IMG/VR virus record: IMGVR_UViG_3300008448_000014
Span: 1 to 64,000 of that record
Reading direction: 5' to 3' (one strand)
Source: a virus
Length of the DNA stretch: 64,000 nt
Below are positions 30,461-41,125 of this stretch, in pieces. Each line of letters opens with the position of its first letter. Positions within the stretch are counted from its first letter, which is position 1. Below the pieces are notes generated by a model. That model was not told where the DNA came from. It saw only the letters and a program-made list of their open reading frames with translations, and made no database searches. A program made the translations under genes and the position numbers.

Positions 30461-31105
30461 TTAATTTAAATAATAAAAATTTGTTTTTAATTTATTGTTT
30501 TTAATTTTACCTTCAAGGTATCTTTTTATAATAGAGAAAGATACATTATAGTGTTTAGCTGCTTCAGAAATACTATCCCAAATAGTTTCTTTATTTAAAA
30601 AATTTATTTCTTTTATTTTTATTTTAAATGAGCTATTTTTACTAATATTTAATCTATGTTCTATTGTTATAACCTGCAAAGCTCTTTTTTCTCTTATTTT
30701 ATTTTTTGTTTCTTCAGAATGTTTAGATCCCTTTTTTCTTCCTCTATTTTTACACTTAGATAAAGCTATTCTACAATTTTCTGAAATTATTCCTGTTTTA
30801 CCTCCTTTCGTTTTATTTAATAAATTGTTTCCTTCTTTTTCATACTTTTCTATCCACTCTTTTTCTTTTTCTTCCCATATTTCAGTAAGAACTTCTTCTA
30901 AAATATTTAATTTAGGTCGTATACCTTTTTCTAAAAGGGATTTAATCCATTTTGCTTTATCTTCATTTTTTCCTTTTATGTTATTTTTAGCTTCATGAAT
31001 ATGTCCCCAAAATCTGTTAAAAGGGTCTACAGTTTTTCCTACATATCTAATTTCTTCTGATTCTGGATCAGACAAAGAATAAATATAAACAGTTTTCATT
31101 TTCAT
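30461..31105 (-). CDS. GIY-YIG homing endonuclease (NUMOD3/NUMOD1)
   Basis: VYIYSL.DP...RYVGKT; HSEETKNKI; SISEAAK. Confidence 0.85.
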   Translation of the reverse strand: MKMKTVYIYSLSDPESEEIRYVGKTVDPFNRFWGHIHEAKNNIKGKNEDKAKWIKSLLEKGIRPKLNILEEVLTEIWEEKEKEWIEKYEKEGNNLLNKTKGGKTGIISENCRIALSKCKNRGRKKGSKHSEETKNKIREKRALQVITIEHRLNISKNSSFKIKIKEINFLNKETIWDSISEAAKHYNVSFSIIKRYLEGKIKNNKLKTNFYYLN

Positions 31106-31185
31106 AATAAATAGGTTTAAAATTATTTTGTAAATATATAAAATTTAAACCTACTTTCAAACAACTATAATAATTAATTTAATTT

Positions 31186-31857
31186 TTAGTTATAATATTC
31201 ATTAATTTTTTCTATAACAACTTGTAAGTTATTAGGTATTTTTACATCTGTAAACATTCCATCAGGACTTTTAGCTGGAAACTTTTTGTATCTATTAGTT
31301 ACAAAGTTATAGTCTACCATCCCATCCTTCTTTTCTTCTACATTTGTATATAATACAACTGTAAAAAGTCCTTCTAGATTAATTTGATTATCAATCAATT
31401 TACCTGCAGTTTTAATTTTGTATCCTATAATCTCACCACCATCTTCAATAGTTTCTGGGTGTGTAAAATAGAATACAATTAAATCATCTCTTAATGTTCT
31501 AGCTGTTCTAACTAAATCCACCATATCTTTAGCCATAAGACTAAATTTAGTGAAACCAGTTTCTGTAGCTTTAGCAACCATATTAAAACCCATTATATAG
31601 TTTGAATCTTCTATAATGATGTTTTTAATGTGTGGTGCTTTTTCAGAGATTGTTTTTAACAACTTGCTGATTTCAATAGCATCATCTACTTCTTTGTAAT
31701 TTTTGCTTTCTACGTTGTACAGTTTCTCACTTCCTTTAAATGGAAGTTCTTTTTTTGCTACGTTAATAATGTAAGTTTCTTTTGGGTCTAGATGTTTAAT
31801 ACTTGTTGATTTTCCAGTTCCTGTCTGTCCAACTATGCCTATCAGCTTCGAGCTCAT
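31186..31857 (-). CDS. AAA ATPase (Sak4/AAA_24-like annealing protein)
   Basis: GQTGTGKSTS, IIIED, PAKSPDGMF. Confidence 0.8.
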   Translation of the reverse strand: MSSKLIGIVGQTGTGKSTSIKHLDPKETYIINVAKKELPFKGSEKLYNVESKNYKEVDDAIEISKLLKTISEKAPHIKNIIIEDSNYIMGFNMVAKATETGFTKFSLMAKDMVDLVRTARTLRDDLIVFYFTHPETIEDGGEIIGYKIKTAGKLIDNQINLEGLFTVVLYTNVEEKKDGMVDYNFVTNRYKKFPAKSPDGMFTDVKIPNNLQVVIEKINEYYN

Positions 31858-32759
31858 ATGTTATATTTTTTATAGTTTTTTACTGATTTTATTCTTTCTT
31901 GTAATAAATCATATACTGCATAAACTAAACATCCAATATGTTTGGAAGCTTCTTTTACAGAATTAAATTTATATTCTACACCTTCTTTATATATAATAAT
32001 TTCTTTTTTATCTAAATTAGGGTTTAATGAGTTAATGGTCCACCCATTAATTGGTTTTTTACTTTTGTCTAATTTTTTATAAATAAAATCAGAGATATTT
32101 AAAAATTCCATAATTTCTGAAAATGTACTAAAAATTCTAATTTCTTTTTTTTCATAATTATATAAATATAAATAATCTTCTAAATGTAATTTACAAGTTT
32201 TTGAAATAAATATATTATCTATAGATCTTTTAGATTTTATTCTACTAATTATAGCTTTAATAGTTGTATTAAATAATACAGCAGTAGAAGTAATACTTTC
32301 TTCCTCTTTCAATAAATTTCCAAACTTATCAAACAAAAATAATTTTGTTGTTTTTTTCTTTATCTCATTTTTTTCATATTTTTCTTTTAATGTTTTACTT
32401 ATTAATTTTTTAGTATCTTCTGTAGTTATTCTACTTTCAGGACCAATACCTCTATCTTGAGCATTTAATAAATTAAATTTATCTTTATACTTTCCTATTA
32501 ATGATGTTTCAAAAATATATGATTCATTCCATCCTTTAATTTCAATCAATTTTTTAATTTTAGGTTCAATTCCTTTTTTTAATAAAGAATTTATCCAATT
32601 TACTTTGTGGGGAGGATTTCTGTTAGGAAAATATTTATTATAATATTTTGATTTACTTATATGTTCAATTAACCTTATTTCTAAAGGTTTTCTAGTTCGT
32701 CCAATGTATCTAATCTTACAATCTGTAGGATCATACAAACAATATATATTTACTTTCAT
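31854..32759 (-). CDS. GIY-YIG homing endonuclease
   Basis: NIYCLYDP...RYIGRT; NUMOD1-like FNSVKEAS; ATG at 32759. Confidence 0.85.
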   Translation of the reverse strand: MKVNIYCLYDPTDCKIRYIGRTRKPLEIRLIEHISKSKYYNKYFPNRNPPHKVNWINSLLKKGIEPKIKKLIEIKGWNESYIFETSLIGKYKDKFNLLNAQDRGIGPESRITTEDTKKLISKTLKEKYEKNEIKKKTTKLFLFDKFGNLLKEEESITSTAVLFNTTIKAIISRIKSKRSIDNIFISKTCKLHLEDYLYLYNYEKKEIRIFSTFSEIMEFLNISDFIYKKLDKSKKPINGWTINSLNPNLDKKEIIIYKEGVEYKFNSVKEASKHIGCLVYAVYDLLQERIKSVKNYKKYNI

Positions 32760-32803
32760 AAGCAAATATAATTATAATTTTACAGCAAACTGGTATATAA
32801 ATG

Positions 32804-32860
32804 TTAAATTGTTGTTAAATCACCTGTTTGTCCTACAATTCCAATTAGTTTAGAGCTCAT
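32804..32860 (-). pseudogene. stub of the original AAA ATPase 5' end (MSSKLIGIVGQTG-DLTTI*)
   Basis: First 13 aa identical to the gene starting at 31857. Confidence 0.9.
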
Positions 32861-33485
32861 ATTTAATTATTAATTTTAGTTTGTAATTCTTTATCTGTTA
32901 AAATATACTCTTTGCAATAAGTTGTAGATCCATTTTCTTCTAATACTACATTTCCATTTTTAATAGACTCTTTTAATAGATTTAAACGATCTTCGTCATT
33001 GTTACAGTATTCTTTTAACAACGCTAATACCTGTTCTTGTTTTTCATTCATTTTTTAATTTATTTAGTTAATTTTTTAAAGAATAAAGATACAAATAATT
33101 TTTTTAATTATCAACTATTCTACTCTATATTTTCTGTTAAATTCTATTAGCTTTTTAGCTAATTCCTCTGGGTTTAATTCTGATTCATCGTGATTATTAT
33201 CTCTTCGTTGATGTTCTTTAAACCACCATTCTAAATCTGAATTTACAAATTTATAATCAAAATTAGACACTACTATTTCCATAGCTTTACATAGAAATAC
33301 TGTCATAAAAGAATTAAAAGCAATGTTTTCTAGTTCTTTTAATTCTAAACTTTCTAACTCTATAATTCTTTTTTTTAATGATGCATTTTCATCAATTAAA
33401 TCATCAATAGGATTACTAGGTTTTTTAAAATTATTAGAATCTCCACAACAATTTGAATTCCATTCATCTACTCTACAAGGCATAA

Positions 33486-34568
33486 TTATATATATTTAAT
33501 TTTGTTTTTATCTATTAATTGAAGTGATTTCTCAAGCCATTTATTTTGAAAAACTTCTGTACTCACAAATATATGTATATGTGAATGATCTGTATCATCT
33601 AGTAAACTTCTTCCTATCATTTGCTCTAAATTTTCTCCATTACCATTAATGGCAGTTATTAATATATTTTGCAATTCTGGAAAAGTTACACCAGCAGAAG
33701 CTTTCTTTAATAAACACAATTGATTTATATCTCCTTGTTGAAATTGTTTTAAAATAGAATCATCTTTACTTTTACTATTGAACATAGGAAGATTATATTT
33801 AAGTCCTGTTTTTTCATCAGAACTAAATAATATAAACCTCTTATCTTTGTTATTGATAATCCATTTGTTTACACATTCAATTAAAGAGTCACATGAATTA
33901 ATAAATCTCATTCTTTCTAAAGACTTAAACATCTTTAGTTGACCACTGCTTTTTAATATAAAAGCACTGAGTCTGTTACATTCTTTTTTCTCTGTTGATT
34001 TCCATTTCTTTACTCTACCATACTCTACTATTTTAGTGTTATTTAAATTATATCTATGTATATAAATAGTAAAATCACTAACAATACCATCTTTAATAGC
34101 TTTGTTAGTAGAATAATCTACTATCAATTTCATTTTAGTAAAAAACTTTATGTCAGCTAAAGTTTCTTTATTATACGTACCAGAAGCAAACATTACATGT
34201 TTATTGTTTTTTGCTATATCTCCTGCAATAGGCATTTGATTTTCTTCTCCAAGAAGATGAGCTTCATCAAATACATAATAATCAGCAATTACTTTTTTGT
34301 TTTTTTCTAAAGACATAAAAGTGGAAAATATAATAATTTGTTTAAAGTTTAATCTATTTATTTCATTTTCCCAAGAAATACGCACGTCTATATTAGGATA
34401 AGCTATAAACACTGTTATTTCTTTATTATTACTATGATTTTTTATTGATTCTAAAATCATTTTTGTTTTTCCTGATCTTACACTAGATAATATAATACCT
34501 TTACAATTATTTTCTATAATAGTATTTTGTATTTTTTCTTGAATTAAATCTTTTTTTGTATTAATCAT
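33486..34568 (-). CDS. SF2 helicase (DExH)
   Basis: RSGKT, FDEAH, SGT, QMIGR; probable ATG 34568. Confidence 0.8.
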   Translation of the reverse strand: MINTKKDLIQEKIQNTIIENNCKGIILSSVRSGKTKMILESIKNHSNNKEITVFIAYPNIDVRISWENEINRLNFKQIIIFSTFMSLEKNKKVIADYYVFDEAHLLGEENQMPIAGDIAKNNKHVMFASGTYNKETLADIKFFTKMKLIVDYSTNKAIKDGIVSDFTIYIHRYNLNNTKIVEYGRVKKWKSTEKKECNRLSAFILKSSGQLKMFKSLERMRFINSCDSLIECVNKWIINNKDKRFILFSSDEKTGLKYNLPMFNSKSKDDSILKQFQQGDINQLCLLKKASAGVTFPELQNILITAINGNGENLEQMIGRSLLDDTDHSHIHIFVSTEVFQNKWLEKSLQLIDKNKIKYI

Positions 34569-35313
34569 ATTTATATTTCCATTTAAATCCACAAGATTGT
34601 TTTTGCCTACCTTTTAACGTTGCAGGTATATCTCCTTTAAAAAATTTTTTAGCTTCTGTTACAGTTTTCCATTCTTTAATAAAATTATCATTTAAATCAT
34701 ATTGTATTATAGGTTTTGAAACTCTTTCAGAAACTTTTTTTCTATTCTCAATTGACATACCTTTACCTATATTACCTAGTTTAATTTTTTCTTTAGTAAT
34801 TTCAGATAAAATTCTACCTTTTTTAGCTTTGCTCATTTTTTCACGAGCCTCTTTTGACATTTTTTTACCTTTGTTACCTTGAGAAATTTTTTTCTTAGTA
34901 TCTTCAGTATGTTTTTTATTTAAAAAATGTCCTACATGTCCTAATAATGTTTTAGATATTTTATTTTTAGTTTCTTGTAAAATTATTCTATTACTCATTT
35001 TTTTCTTTGTTTCCTCGCTTACTATTCTAGGTAAAATATCTGTTTCTTGTAATCTACAATTTAACCCTTTAGTGGAAACAACATTAAATAAATCTTGATA
35101 ATATCTTTCTTTAAGATTTAATTGATCATGTTTACATTCTTCAATTATTTCAAAAATATGATTTTCTACGCCATATTTTAAAAAGCTTTTATACAAAATA
35201 GGTTGATTTTTACAAGAAAGATTTTTATAATTTTTAAATCTTTTTTCAATATTAATACTTTGCCCAATGTATATTTTACCACTTGGACTTGTGATTTTAT
35301 AAATTCCTATCAT
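34561..35313 (-). CDS. GIY-YIG homing endonuclease (NUMOD3 + NUMOD1)
   Basis: MIGIYKITSPSGKIYIGQS; ATG at 35313. Confidence 0.9.
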   Translation of the reverse strand: MIGIYKITSPSGKIYIGQSINIEKRFKNYKNLSCKNQPILYKSFLKYGVENHIFEIIEECKHDQLNLKERYYQDLFNVVSTKGLNCRLQETDILPRIVSEETKKKMSNRIILQETKNKISKTLLGHVGHFLNKKHTEDTKKKISQGNKGKKMSKEAREKMSKAKKGRILSEITKEKIKLGNIGKGMSIENRKKVSERVSKPIIQYDLNDNFIKEWKTVTEAKKFFKGDIPATLKGRQKQSCGFKWKYKYD

Positions 35314-36356
35314 TTTGTATAAAATTAATTTTATACAAAAATAAGTAATTAATATCAATATTTGGACAAAGTATTATTTTTTTTTTATCTACACTTGTAT
35401 TTCTGTTTTTGTCATAATTCTTTGTTATAATATTCTTCTTCAAAATGTTCATATAAAGCCATCAATGTGTAAGAATGTTTTTTTGTTAACCATTCAGCAA
35501 AATGAATTACTTTGTTATCAGTATTAATTTTTTCTAGTTCTTTTGCTTTTTCAATAATTGGTTCATCATCAGCTATACTCACACCAGTTAATGTTTTTAT
35601 ACCATCAACTACATATTCTACTGCTGTCATAACTTCTTAGTTAAATAATATTTTAAATCTAATGCTCTTCTTTTAACAGCACCAGACATTCTGGTATTGC
35701 TAATATCATGTTTACCTATAACTATTCCATTATAACTACTAACATATCCTGTTGTAGCTTTAGCAACTGTTATAGCTTCATCCACTGTATCTGAGAATCT
35801 TTTGATTTCAGATTTAATTTGTATTAAGTCTTCTAGTTTCATTTTTTATTATATTTTATTAATTTCTATTTTGTTTTAAATTATTTTTCCATTCTATCCA
35901 AAAACCTATAGCTACTAATATATTCATACCAAAAGAAGCAATAATTTCATGTAAGTCTTCATATATATTCATAGTTAAGTGAACATGTCCAATTACCCAA
36001 AAAGGTACTGATAAATTACTTGCTGTCCATGTTATAAAAAATATAATAAATTTTTTCATTTGTCTCCTTTACTAATCAAGTAATACCATAACCAAATCAC
36101 TTTTGGCCTTATAAACTCATAACCTATCCATATTAATAAGTATTTCATTCTTCTTTGTTTTTTATATATCCATATACATTAAAACCTTCTTCATCTTCAT
36201 ATTTAGTACCATCCTTACGAACTCCCCATTTATACCACATAGCCATAATTGTTGATTCATTAGTTTTACTCCATTTATCATCTTCAAACCTGAATTGTTC
36301 TTTGTCTGATTTTTCTTTAAATAAAGGAACAAATCCTTCTGGTTTTTCTTTTCTCA

Positions 36357-37427
36357 TTATTGTAAAAAATATGATTTGTTAATAATACTTTCATAATCTG
36401 CATCTGTAATATCTCTTTTTCTAGGCAATTCCTTGAAAATTCCTAATTTTCCTAAAAATGCAAGTCCAATTCTAATATCATCTTCACCATATGAATTTTT
36501 CAATAATCTTAAACTTCTGAAATATTTACCACCATACTCATCTTTGAGTTTGTTAAGATCATATCCAGAAGTATCTTCCACTTTATATCTCACAGGATCA
36601 AATAGAGCAAGAACAACATCTGCATCATTTTGTGTGCTAGATGAATCTGAAAAATCTTCTAGTTGAGGTTCTACATCTCCTGCTTTAAGTCTCATTGGAT
36701 TAGATATACTTCTATTAAACTGACTAACAATTACAGGAGTATAACCAAAGAAATCTCTAACATATTGAAGTTCATTTGACATTTTATCAATTGCTTCTTT
36801 TTTTGTTGGCTGATCTTTTGTTGTTTTCAATAATCCTATATGGTCAATAATAACAATAGTTATTACATTAGGATCATTAGGAACATATACTTTGCTATAT
36901 TCATCATCAGGATCTTTTTGTATTATTTTACCATTCTTTAGAGCGTGTGCTCTTAGTTCTTTGGCTATACCTACAGGATTCTCTGGACCATCTATAACTG
37001 TAATAACATCTTTCATCTTATCCATATACCATTGATAGGAAAGAAATAATTTATGTTCATCTTCAGTCATTTTTTCTGTCCAACCTAATAGTCTATTAAC
37101 AGACATACTTATACCATGATCAAGAAATATCTTTCTACACACCCATTTTGCATACTTGTATGTAGAACTTCTCTCCATTGATCTATATATAATCTTTAAC
37201 TTTATATCTGTATTATTCTTTTTAGATATATACCAATCAAAAGGATTAAGAACAAAACAATCATCTATAAAAGAAGTTTTACCACTTCCTGTATTACCAC
37301 CAATAAGAAACATCATAGACTTCCTAATACCTATATATCTATTAAGTCTATCAAATCCCATAGGAATACCATTATTGTTTCCTTCCAATCCTTTATCAAC
37401 TTCTCTCTTTAATTGCTCAAAACTCAT
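36357..37427 (-). CDS. dnaB: replicative DNA helicase (DnaB-like)
   Basis: GNTGSGKT, SME, IIDHIGL, VSQFNR, QNDADVV, LKN. Confidence 0.85.
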   Translation of the reverse strand: MSFEQLKREVDKGLEGNNNGIPMGFDRLNRYIGIRKSMMFLIGGNTGSGKTSFIDDCFVLNPFDWYISKKNNTDIKLKIIYRSMERSSTYKYAKWVCRKIFLDHGISMSVNRLLGWTEKMTEDEHKLFLSYQWYMDKMKDVITVIDGPENPVGIAKELRAHALKNGKIIQKDPDDEYSKVYVPNDPNVITIVIIDHIGLLKTTKDQPTKKEAIDKMSNELQYVRDFFGYTPVIVSQFNRSISNPMRLKAGDVEPQLEDFSDSSSTQNDADVVLALFDPVRYKVEDTSGYDLNKLKDEYGGKYFRSLRLLKNSYGEDDIRIGLAFLGKLGIFKELPRKRDITDADYESIINKSYFLQ

Positions 37428-37450
37428 TTTAATTTTTTTAATTATAAATA

Positions 37451-37458
37451 CAAAAATA
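37451..37458 (-). promoter_or_regulatory. -7 promoter element TATTTTTG before dnaB
   Basis: TAnnTTTG match in an intergenic gap. Confidence 0.5.
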
Positions 37459-37464
37459 CTAATA

Positions 37465-37917
37465 TTAACTGAATAATTTCTCTAACCATTCATTCATAAT
37501 TAAAGATGTTCCTTTAATCTCTTCTATATGATTTCTTATATCATCTCCTTTAAGAGCAGGCCAGTATTTTACATAGCCACCACAATTACCATCTTTAGCT
37601 CCAATACGTAAATCTATTCCATATTTTGTACTAGTGTTCTTAAGAAGACCAGTTCCAGTATATTTTAGCCAATAATGTGCACCTCCTGATTTAGTGTTGT
37701 AATGATAACTCTTATTTAGTTCTACTAATATAACCATTGGTATATTCTCAAAACCATCTTTACCATTTTTACAATCTACATCTACTACAATATATTCATC
37801 TGTAGGAGATACAGCTAGATTATAACCTTCAGGAATTTCTCCTTCAAAATAATATCCTGAAGGAATAGAACCCCACTTACATGTGGGGGTTCCATTTCTC
37901 AACAAAAAACTCTTCAC
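37465..37917 (-). CDS. stand-alone Prim-Pol (AEP) catalytic domain
   Basis: VVDVD, TKSGGAHYW, GIDLR, GGYV. Confidence 0.75.
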   Translation of the reverse strand: MKSFLLRNGTPTCKWGSIPSGYYFEGEIPEGYNLAVSPTDEYIVVDVDCKNGKDGFENIPMVILVELNKSYHYNTKSGGAHYWLKYTGTGLLKNTSTKYGIDLRIGAKDGNCGGYVKYWPALKGDDIRNHIEEIKGTSLIMNEWLEKLFS

Positions 37918-38180
37918 TAAAAAGAATATTGTTTACGTGCTTTATCTGTTTCCCAGAATTTAGCATAATTATGATTATAAGCATAATCAAACACTCTATC
38001 AATCTCTTCATTTACATCACTATCTTCACTATCTGCTGCTTTAAGGCAATCTAATTCTGTTGCTTTTATATAACAAGCATAACCACAAAGAGCAAGAATG
38101 TTTACATCTCCTCCACTTCCACCATTAAATTCTAATTTGTTATCTGTAATAAACTGTTTTAATTTTTCTAACTTGTTCAT
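37917..38180 (-). CDS. small helical protein, possibly PriCT-like
   Basis: Coupled to the Prim-Pol gene; weak resemblance only. Confidence 0.3.
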   Translation of the reverse strand: MNKLEKLKQFITDNKLEFNGGSGGDVNILALCGYACYIKATELDCLKAADSEDSDVNEEIDRVFDYAYNHNYAKFWETDKARKQYSF

Positions 38181-38748
38181 GTTTTTATATATTTAATTAG
38201 TTAATAGCTGTATAAGGGTTAGACTCTATCCATTCTTTTAGAAAATCTTCTTTCTCTGATAAACTTTGAAAGTTTAATTCAGCAAAACTATCTCCAGATC
38301 CTATTCTTTCCCACGTTTCTCTATTGTTTGGTAATCCTATAAAATCACTAGATTTCTTATCTGATGATAATGTTAACATTGATTTCAATAATTCTTCTAT
38401 TGTTGCCATAATTTTATTTTTTAATTTTTAAAAAGTTTTCTACTAATGTTTTTATTATAAATTCGTCTGCATGGCAGTCTTCATATCCTGTCCATACTAA
38501 TGTATTACTGATTGCATCTGCTAATTCTTTGTAGTTTTTAGGTGTAATACATAAAAATTCATCTATTTTAGTTTCAATATCAGCAATAGCTCTATCCATT
38601 GTTGGATAACCCATAGAAGCATTTCTATCTTTTTCTTTATTTGAAGTAGATAGTACATCTAAAGCATAACCATGAAAGAATCCAGTTTCATAGACTGCTA
38701 TTGTAACAGAACAATCTTTGTATTTATAAGATTTAACTATTGCCATTT

Positions 38749-39498
38749 TTATAATTGTTTAATTGTTTCTCTTAATAATTCTAACTCTGTTTCACTAATT
38801 GTATGGTTTAATAACCATAAATCAATAATTTTAATTAATATTTTACTATTCTTCTTTACAGATTCTACTTTCTCATCTACTTTTTGAGAATTAAATATGT
38901 TTTCATATTCTAACATACTAGTTAGTATCTCTTTGTATTTAAGAACAGCTTCATCAGTGTTATATCCACGTTTATAATACTTAAAACATCTTTCAAGCTG
39001 ACGTAATATTCTACTTACAGCCCAAATGTTTGGATTATAAAAAGATTTATTCCATTTATTCCATGTAGCTATTCCTTCTCTACCCTCAGAAAGATTTAAT
39101 GTCTTTTTAGATTTTAAATCATATCCTATAGCAATTATATCTAAATCAAATGTACTAAGTACATCAAATATAGAATGGTTCTTTTCTTTAAATATAATAT
39201 TAACATCAATAGCCATATTGTATTTAAACTTAATAGTTATAAGTCCTAATTTCTTTAAACTTCCTTTATAAGGATTAGAAATCCAATCCTCAAACTTCCA
39301 TTTCTCTATTGGATCTATCAATAAAAACATTTTATTATGATAGAGAGTGAATAATAGTTTTGTGAAGGCAGCTTCATCATATGTGAATATATCAACATCT
39401 GCTCCTTCAAAATATTGAAGCATACAGCTTCCAGTTATACATCCATTAACATCCTGTTCTTTTAAAAATGCAATAGCATTTTCCATTTGTTCTTTCAT
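38749..39498 (-). CDS. Pol-beta-superfamily nucleotidyltransferase
   Basis: ITGS...DVDIF motif, FDLDI. Confidence 0.7.
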   Translation of the reverse strand: MKEQMENAIAFLKEQDVNGCITGSCMLQYFEGADVDIFTYDEAAFTKLLFTLYHNKMFLLIDPIEKWKFEDWISNPYKGSLKKLGLITIKFKYNMAIDVNIIFKEKNHSIFDVLSTFDLDIIAIGYDLKSKKTLNLSEGREGIATWNKWNKSFYNPNIWAVSRILRQLERCFKYYKRGYNTDEAVLKYKEILTSMLEYENIFNSQKVDEKVESVKKNSKILIKIIDLWLLNHTISETELELLRETIKQL

Positions 39499-39532
39499 CT
39501 TGTTTATTTATTTGTGTTCTATGTTATAAAAT

Positions 39533-39563
39533 AAAAAAGACACCTAAATTAATAGGTGTCTTT
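39533..39563 (-). terminator. intrinsic terminator
   Basis: AAAGACACCT-AAATTAAT-AGGTGTCTTT with a T-run on minus strand. Confidence 0.75.
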
Positions 39564-39583
39564 AATGTTAAAATGACTAATAA

Positions 39584-40075
39584 TTAGTCTAAATGTGGCT
39601 CTAAAGTTGTTACAGCTTCTACAATTTGCTCTAATGTATATAAAGCCTGTAGTTTAACAATTTTGTCTGTAGAGAAATACAATCCAAACTCTTCAAATTC
39701 TGCAATGATATTGAATTTTTGCATGATTCTGTTCAATTTTTCTGCTTTTCCTTCATCTTCTTTATTACCTAACCAAGCCAAAGCTTCTTTTTGTAATTTA
39801 TCTAATGTAGGAGTTTTTACTTCTTCTGGAGCAGTTACATAAGTTCTTTTCTCATCATTCAATTTTTCTGTAACTTGTTTTACTACACTTTCAAATGTAA
39901 TAACTTCTTTCACTTTAAAATCTGTAGCTCTAACTGTATTAGCTAAATTTACAAGATAATGAGCTTCTTTTTGAAGAGTTACAAATTCTTCGTGATTTAC
40001 AGGAACTTGTCCTTCTGTTGCTACTAAATAACCACCATTCACTAACGCTAATTCATTGTTTTTTAAAAATTTCAT
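39584..40075 (-). CDS. hypothetical helical protein
   Basis: ORF in the MoxR/VWA cluster. Confidence 0.6.
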   Translation of the reverse strand: MKFLKNNELALVNGGYLVATEGQVPVNHEEFVTLQKEAHYLVNLANTVRATDFKVKEVITFESVVKQVTEKLNDEKRTYVTAPEEVKTPTLDKLQKEALAWLGNKEDEGKAEKLNRIMQKFNIIAEFEEFGLYFSTDKIVKLQALYTLEQIVEAVTTLEPHLD

Positions 40076-40132
40076 TTTTTTTTTGTGTTTTAAATTATTA
40101 ATTATTAATTATTTTGAGTGTCCTCTCCAGGT

Positions 40133-41125
40133 TTAATTTAAGTCTTTTACCCAATTGCTAACATGTTCTACATTACTACAATCAAACATATCAGCATAAC
40201 CTGCTAATGTACTACTGCTTGTTGTATGAAAAGAATATATTTTATTCACTTTAAAGTTACAAACATCATATGCTTGTTTCTTACTAATAGCTCTTTCTGA
40301 TCCCCAACTATCTAAAGGTGTATGATAATCACCAAATACAATAACATTGTCATAGTTTCTATGTTGAGAAACAATAGCTCTAAAGTCTTTACATTCATTA
40401 TTTTGACCATAATCTTGATACACTTGATCTATATCTAAGCTATCAACTTCTGTATAATCAAATAGCCCTGATCTAGCTCCTGTAATAATCAAATCAGCAA
40501 AGAACTGTGTAACCATTGTTTTACTCAATAATAGACAAGCTTTTGCAATAGATTTAGGAATAGATGCTGATATATCTATAATAATAAGATTTCTATCTGG
40601 TGTGCTCAATGTAATATTACCAGATGTATTATCTAGTTTTTTATTATACAATGAAGGATTCCATGTTATAGAACTCAATATATTAGATTTAATAGCATCT
40701 TCTATTTTAGAGCTAAACCATGTAGGAATAACTTTCAAATTCTTTAAGCAATCTAAATCTACTTGATATGATATATCAGCAATAAATTCTTCTACATCAA
40801 CAGAAGGAGTTACACCATTAATTGTAGTGTCCACTGTTATTTTAGAATCATCATTAATATATATACATTGCTCTGAATATGCTTTAGACTTAAACAAATC
40901 TTTATACCCATTCTTTTGTAATATTGCTTGCCAATCAAAAGGAAGACCTGTTGCTATAGCAGATTTTAACAATATTTCAAACTCTAATAGTTTTACATAA
41001 TTGTTATAATCTTTTTTGTTTCCTTTAATAAAAGGAACACCCATAGGAATTGTTGCCAATTCTTTATCATCTTCTATAAGATAGACAATAGGTAGACTAA
41101 ATTTTTTACTCTGTAATAATTCCAT
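40133..41125 (-). CDS. VWA-domain protein
   Basis: IIIDISASI (MIDAS DxSxS), VIVFGD. Confidence 0.65.
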   Translation of the reverse strand: MELLQSKKFSLPIVYLIEDDKELATIPMGVPFIKGNKKDYNNYVKLLEFEILLKSAIATGLPFDWQAILQKNGYKDLFKSKAYSEQCIYINDDSKITVDTTINGVTPSVDVEEFIADISYQVDLDCLKNLKVIPTWFSSKIEDAIKSNILSSITWNPSLYNKKLDNTSGNITLSTPDRNLIIIDISASIPKSIAKACLLLSKTMVTQFFADLIITGARSGLFDYTEVDSLDIDQVYQDYGQNNECKDFRAIVSQHRNYDNVIVFGDYHTPLDSWGSERAISKKQAYDVCNFKVNKIYSFHTTSSSTLAGYADMFDCSNVEHVSNWVKDLN

